Program-made: the position numbers and the translations under genes
Notes under the pieces: generated by a model
The model's database searches: none
Told to the model about the DNA's origin: nothing
Seen by the model: only the letters and a program-made list of their open reading frames with translations
In this document: in pieces, positions 59,033-64,000 of the stretch
Layout: each line of letters begins with the position of its first letter
Numbering within the stretch: the first letter of the stretch is position 1
NCBI GenBank assembly: GCA_020184695.1
Contig: JAANOX010000069.1
Coordinates: 310,001 to 374,000 of the forward strand
Source: Histomonas meleagridis 2922-C6/04-290x
Lineage: Eukaryota; Protista; Parabasalia
DNA length: 64,000 nt
Direction: 5' to 3'

Positions 59033-59739
59033 TTTGATTAGATAATTTTTTTATAACTTTCGAAAACTATAAAGAAAAAACCAAATATATAAAAAGAAAA
59101 AATTAACACATATTCCACAAGTTAACAATTTTGGTTCTAAAAACATTTTTTTATAGGAAATTCAATTTTGATTCCGCCGAAAAGATAAATTGAATTCATA
59201 AGTAAGATGTTTGGCCTAAACCTTCTTGAATTCTTTTCCAAAGTTAACAGTGTTATGGATTCAGCGTTGATTTAAACAAATTAAATAATTAATAAAACTT
59301 TAAAAGAATTTCAAACGGTTGAAATACATAGCTAAAACGAATAGATATGCATTCCTTGTGTTTGTGTGTTGGAATGTCTTAGAGCACCAAGGTAAAACAA
59401 TTCAGCTTGGCCACTTGACATCCGAATGACACTTTTCCAATCGACCAAAGCGGCTGTTTATCAAAAAGTGCCATTTTAACCAGCATTCTTTTTACGAAAT
59501 CAAAAAATATTCATATCTCAATATTAATCTTATTACTATGCATTTTAGTTGGCAAAGAATTCTTTGATTATGTTTTTTTATTAGGTGAAGTTTGATATTA
59601 ATGTAATATTCTGATAAAGATCTTTGAATCATGTAACTGCTTAAATATATTGTCACTTTTTTACACGTAGCTTAAATTGTAAGTTTTACACCAACTTCAA
59701 ATTTTCACTTTTTAAAAAAAAATAGAAAAACGACAAGAA

Positions 59740-60069
59740 ATGTTTGCTTTCTTGATATTCAAGCTTTGCTCATCCTATTATCCAACAGAAACTATATCAT
59801 GGCAGCCAAAACCAAATACGCCAGCTTGGCCATCAGAAACAGAAGAATGGAGTATACCACCGACGGAATATCCAAATCAAGTAAATCCTTCTTCATCAAC
59901 CATTGAAATTGTTGGTATAGCAATTGCTGCAGTCTTCTCTTCTGCGTGTATTATAATTGTAGCAATAGTTTGGATTTTTGGTCCTAAACTTCAAAAGGGA
60001 AGAGATAGGATGGATAAGAAACTTGATCAACCACTTGTTGAAAGTATGAACGATATTCATACCAAATAA
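59740..60069 (+). CDS. Small single-pass membrane protein (signal peptide, P/T-rich stalk, TM)
   Basis: MFAFLIF start; IVGIAIAAVFSSACIIIVAIVWIF TM segment. Confidence 0.65.
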   Translation: MFAFLIFKLCSSYYPTETISWQPKPNTPAWPSETEEWSIPPTEYPNQVNPSSSTIEIVGIAIAAVFSSACIIIVAIVWIFGPKLQKGRDRMDKKLDQPLVESMNDIHTK

Positions 60070-60609
60070 ATAGTTTATGTACAATTGTATATTATTATTT
60101 TTGTTTCAATTTACGATAAATTAAGTTTCAAGTTTCGCTTGCAAGTTACGATTTAAACCAAAGAAGGAAGTCTTTGAGATCTTGTTTTAATATTTTTTGA
60201 GTGATCTATTTTTTATAGAAATTTCCTTTGTCCAAATACATTTTTAGATTTTTCGTTTGTGGCACATAAACAATTTAATAATTTACAAGGTAGTGTTTCA
60301 TAGATGCATCATTTTTAAAGCAATTAAATTTTATAATAAATTTTTTCGAGTGATGTTAATCAGTCACATGTATAATTAGGTGTTCTGGTCTAGGAATTAT
60401 TTAATTTACTTAAGTCATTGTGAATTAGAAAGTTATTTATCAAAACACATTAATATAATAACTGTTTACATATTATTCAATTTATCTTTTAATATAAGGC
60501 AATCAAATAAATCTTAAAATTATGAAAGATGTATAATTATTAATAATATTTATTTTCTAATGTTTTTACATTTTAAAAAAAAATGAAAAATAATTTGTTT
60601 TTTTTTATT

Positions 60610-60831
60610 TTATTTTCCATTGCAACAATTCAACTGATTTTCAATAAACACCAATCTCCTTTCCAATTGTGTTAACTTTTGATTTAGGTCAGCAATACGT
60701 CCTCTTACGTTTGAATGAAAAGTGTTTAAAAATCGGACAACTCTCATCATCCCAAGAGATATGCTTTGTGTGAATTCACGATTTTGGAAATCACTTTCAA
60801 CAGCAGCTCGAATAGACTGATTTTCGGACAT
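60610..60831 (-). CDS. BRK1: BRICK1/HSPC300 subunit of the SCAR/WAVE complex
   Basis: DFQNREF...FLNTF..NVRGRIADLNQKLTQLERRLVFIE matches BRK1; ATG 60831. Confidence 0.85.
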   Translation of the reverse strand: MSENQSIRAAVESDFQNREFTQSISLGMMRVVRFLNTFHSNVRGRIADLNQKLTQLERRLVFIENQLNCCNGK

Positions 60832-62153
60832 ATTGCTTTTGACATTACATAAAAATTTTATGTCCATCCGATAGATCCAACGGCAAATTTGTAATTTCAG
60901 ATAAATTAAAACAAACAATGTCAACTCAAATTTATAATAATAAAATTAATTTTAAGAAACATTTTTTAGAGATGTTATAATTATTTATATTACGCAATTG
61001 TGCATAAAGGCCTTATAACCAAGTATGAAACTTTTTTTCTTAATATTTTATTGCGAATTTCATCCATTTTTTATTGAATGTATTCTTGTATTGCACGATT
61101 AACTTTGCAAGTTACGTTATATTCATTTTTCAGCTCTTTAATCATTATTTGTACCTGTAATTAAGCTTCTTTGTGTATAACTTGTGATTGAGTCATTAAC
61201 AATTCTTTTAAGATAGCTTATTTTGTTTGCAATGTTGTTTTGAATATTTTCATCAAAGAATTCAGATAATATTCTCATTGTATCGTTAAGTTTTTGCATT
61301 AAATAATTTTTGATTTCCATTTTAACTCTTTCATCATAGAATCGATTCTAAACCAATTGCGTTTTCACAATTATTTTTCATTTGGTCAAGTAAGTTTTCG
61401 AAGAATGGGGCTCTTGACTATGTTATTTGATTTTATTTCTATACTTTTGTTCATTATTTCTATTTGAATCAACGTTACTTTTATAAGATTGAAGACTTTG
61501 TTCAGTATTTTCTCCTGTAACTATTTCTATTTCTTCTAGTATGTTCTTAATGAAGAAATTTGAGTTCTAACATATTTATATGCTTTTTCTTGTACTTCAT
61601 TGAATTCACTTTTTGTTATTTTATTTAAGCATTCATCACTGTTTATTTGAATTTGGTTCATAGCAATTGTATGAATTTCATTGTAATCAGTTGATGGACT
61701 TCGATGAATATTATTCATTAAAATTGCTTTTCGGATGGTAAAATTTCATCAATTCCTTTCTTAATCAATAAATATAATTCATTTATTTTTTCATTTTTAA
61801 TAATATTCAGTTAAACGTTTTGATATTTTTTTGTAAACGTGCTTAGCTTGGAAATTAAAACCGTATTTTTTTCAATGTATAAACTATTCATTCCAAAATT
61901 GAGTGAGCAGAATTTTGACAAAGTCTGTTTGCATCTTTTTTCTCTAAAAGGTAATTTATTTTAATGATAAAGCAAAGACCTCATGAAAAATGGTAAAAGA
62001 TTATAACTTAGTATTTCAAAGATCAAAAATGTATACTTAAAAAAGAATGGTTATTCCCAATAAATAATTTAAAATTTGATAAAAACAGTTACAAAACACA
62101 TGTTAATAATTAGAACTGAATAAAGCAATAGAACTGGTGAGAAATATTTTAGA

Positions 62154-62426
62154 TTACGATTCAGTTGTTGTATAATATTCATCAGTGTAATATCCATCAC
62201 TTCCATAAGAATAATATGATGAATCTGTGCCAGAGTGATCAGGTTGTGGTGGTTGCTGTGGTGGAGCAGCTGGTGGAGGTGAAACAGGTGCTGGAGGAGG
62301 AGTTGACTGTTGTGGTGGAGCAGCTGGTGGTGGTGCTTCAGGTGCTGGAGGAGGAGGAGATTGTGGTTGTGGCTTTGTCTGCTTCTTGCTTGAAGACGCA
62401 GATGGTTCGTCAACTTCTTTGCACAT
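62154..62426 (-). CDS. Proline-rich hypothetical protein (may extend 5' to about 62587 through a frameshift)
   Basis: GC-rich (P)n tract and SY-rich C-terminus. Confidence 0.5.
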   Translation of the reverse strand: MCKEVDEPSASSSKKQTKPQPQSPPPPAPEAPPPAAPPQQSTPPPAPVSPPPAAPPQQPPQPDHSGTDSSYYSYGSDGYYTDEYYTTTES

Positions 62427-62886
62427 TGACCTGAGTTAACCGTCAGTCTCCGAACAAGAATAACGGTTTGGCTGAAAAAGTCATCGGATTTGAATAAGAT
62501 CTCATTCAAAAACCCCTTTCCCAAAAAGTTACGCGGACATTCGGAAAGTTTCCATTTTGACATATCAAAAAATTTATTAAATTTCATCTTTTTTTTTCTT
62601 GATGTCACCAAAACCTTTCGTACTTGGAAGTTTTTCTTCTAAAACTGATTAATTTTAGAATATATTAAAGGAAAATCAAATGTCATTTTCATAGCCATCT
62701 TTTAAAAAATTATTTTTGTGTTAAAACAATTTAATTTTTAATTTTTTGTACAATAGAAATAAAAAAGAATAAGATGAGACACACAAAAATAGTAATTGTT
62801 ATTTAGGGAATCAAACTAAACGATTTACCACAAAACAAAACATTTTTTTTTTTCATTTTTAGACAAATACTTAAATCAAATTTATT

Positions 62887-64000
62887 TCAAGATATGAAAC
62901 ATTTTTCTTCAGGCTTTCCTCCATGCGCCTCCAAGAAATTCATCACATCCACCGAATTATATTTCTTAGCTAAGTCATAAGCTGTTACACCTTTTCTAGC
63001 CTTTGCTAATGGGTCGAAACCTATTGATAGTAAATATTCTATCATTTCTATTCTTTCATTTGCTGCTGCCCAATGTAAAGCATTCCAAAACACAACAAAT
63101 AAATTCCGAAAATGTCAAACAAATTTTTGAATCTGTAACATTAATATCAGCGCCACATTTTACGAGTAACTTCGTGACTTCTAATTGTCCATTTAAGCAA
63201 GAGAAAAGAAATGGCGTTAATCCATGCATATCCGACACATTAATATCAGATCCTCTTTCAATTAAAAGCATAGTACAACTCAAACTACCATAACCAGCAG
63301 CTAAACTCAATGCACTCCAAAACATTCCAAATAAAATCCAAAAAATTTAAATATATTTCAAAGCTTTTGATGGAAATGTCTGATTTGTAATCAAGTAAAA
63401 CACGGACAATATCAGTTAGCCCAAATTTTGATGCCCAATGAAGTGGAATCATATTATATTTATCGGGTATATTAACTTCAGCACCTTTTCGTAATAGTAA
63501 GTAAACTATTTCGAAGGATTTCATACGTACTGCTGTATGTAATGCAGTCCAATTATTAGAATCAAGATAATTAACATCAATCCCACGATCAATAAGTGCT
63601 TCAGATGCTTCAATACACCCGCTTCGTACTGATAATATTAAGGAATTATTACCAAGTGAATCAACAGCTGATATGTTAGCACCTTTATCTAATAATAAGT
63701 TAAGGGCTTTAACAGAATTGGTTTGTGCTGCAATCATCAATGGCGTTATTCCATTTTTAGATGGACAGTTTACATCAGATCCATTATCTAATAAAAATGA
63801 TATAATTCCAATTTGATCTTTAGCTGACGCAAAATGAATAGGTTCCCAAAAAGTGACAAATTAACGTCTTTGGCATTTTTTGATTGAAGTGATGAACCAT
63901 TACTCCAAAGAAATTTAACAACTTGAAGTTGCCCGTATAGTGATGCATAATGAATAGGAAGGTTTCCTTCGCCAAAGGTTTTGAAAAAACATCGAGACAT
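62887..64000 (-). CDS. Ankyrin-repeat protein G (5' end outside window) with inserts of 8, 28 and 28 nt
   Basis: Canonical 33-aa ankyrin repeats; the frame is restored by removing 63852-63859, 63323-63350 and 63091-63118. Confidence 0.8.

Noticed and set aside
61138-61718. Coiled-coil gene split into two short ORFs
   Set aside because: Several stops and frameshifts, no recognisable motif; cannot be supported as a gene.
62426-62470. Possible intron linking ORF 62069-62611 to the proline-rich ORF (GTT...TTAACTCAG)
   Set aside because: All nearby GT donors are phase 0 and splicing leads straight to TGA; the proline-rich frame is not restored.
1-64000. tRNA, rRNA or snRNA genes
   Set aside because: No cloverleaf, T-loop or rRNA-like GC-rich segments recognised by eye; a covariance-model scan would be needed to exclude small ncRNAs.

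Overview
AT-rich eukaryotic DNA, most likely a parabasalid (Trichomonas/Tritrichomonas/Histomonas-like). This is inferred from BspA-type LRR genes, the DUF3447-like/ankyrin family, Maverick-like remnants, nearly intron-free genes, and one 23-nt GT-AG intron with a TCTAAC-N2-CAG 3' end. The standard genetic code fits. Housekeeping genes lie at the left end (ALG5, SAP/SP-RING protein) and at 44.9-62.6 kb (RRM proteins, MutL homolog, ARM protein, IKS1-like kinase, SF1-like fragment, exportin-7-like, SLC12 transporter, BRK1). The 5.6-44.7 kb block is accessory: ankyrin and BspA genes, Merlin and Tc1 transposons, Maverick/Polinton pieces, eIF4A and a lactococcin-972-like bacteriocin gene. Main discovery: six ankyrin genes are interrupted at one fixed position of the repeat (K-D-I-Y | F-x-T-A-L) by AT-rich inserts that lack GT-AG ends. 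By hand I counted 47 inserts, and 37 are exactly 20n+8 nt (8, 28, 48, 68, 88, 108, 188). Most carry GG(A) exactly 17 nt before the downstream TTT codon. They occur in all three phases and often carry stop codons right at both edges, while the 99-105-nt exons stay open. This looks like a class of non-spliceosomal intervening sequence that I do not recognise from any described system. Removal itself cannot be shown from DNA alone. Many 1-nt frameshifts sit in homopolymers and may be assembly errors.
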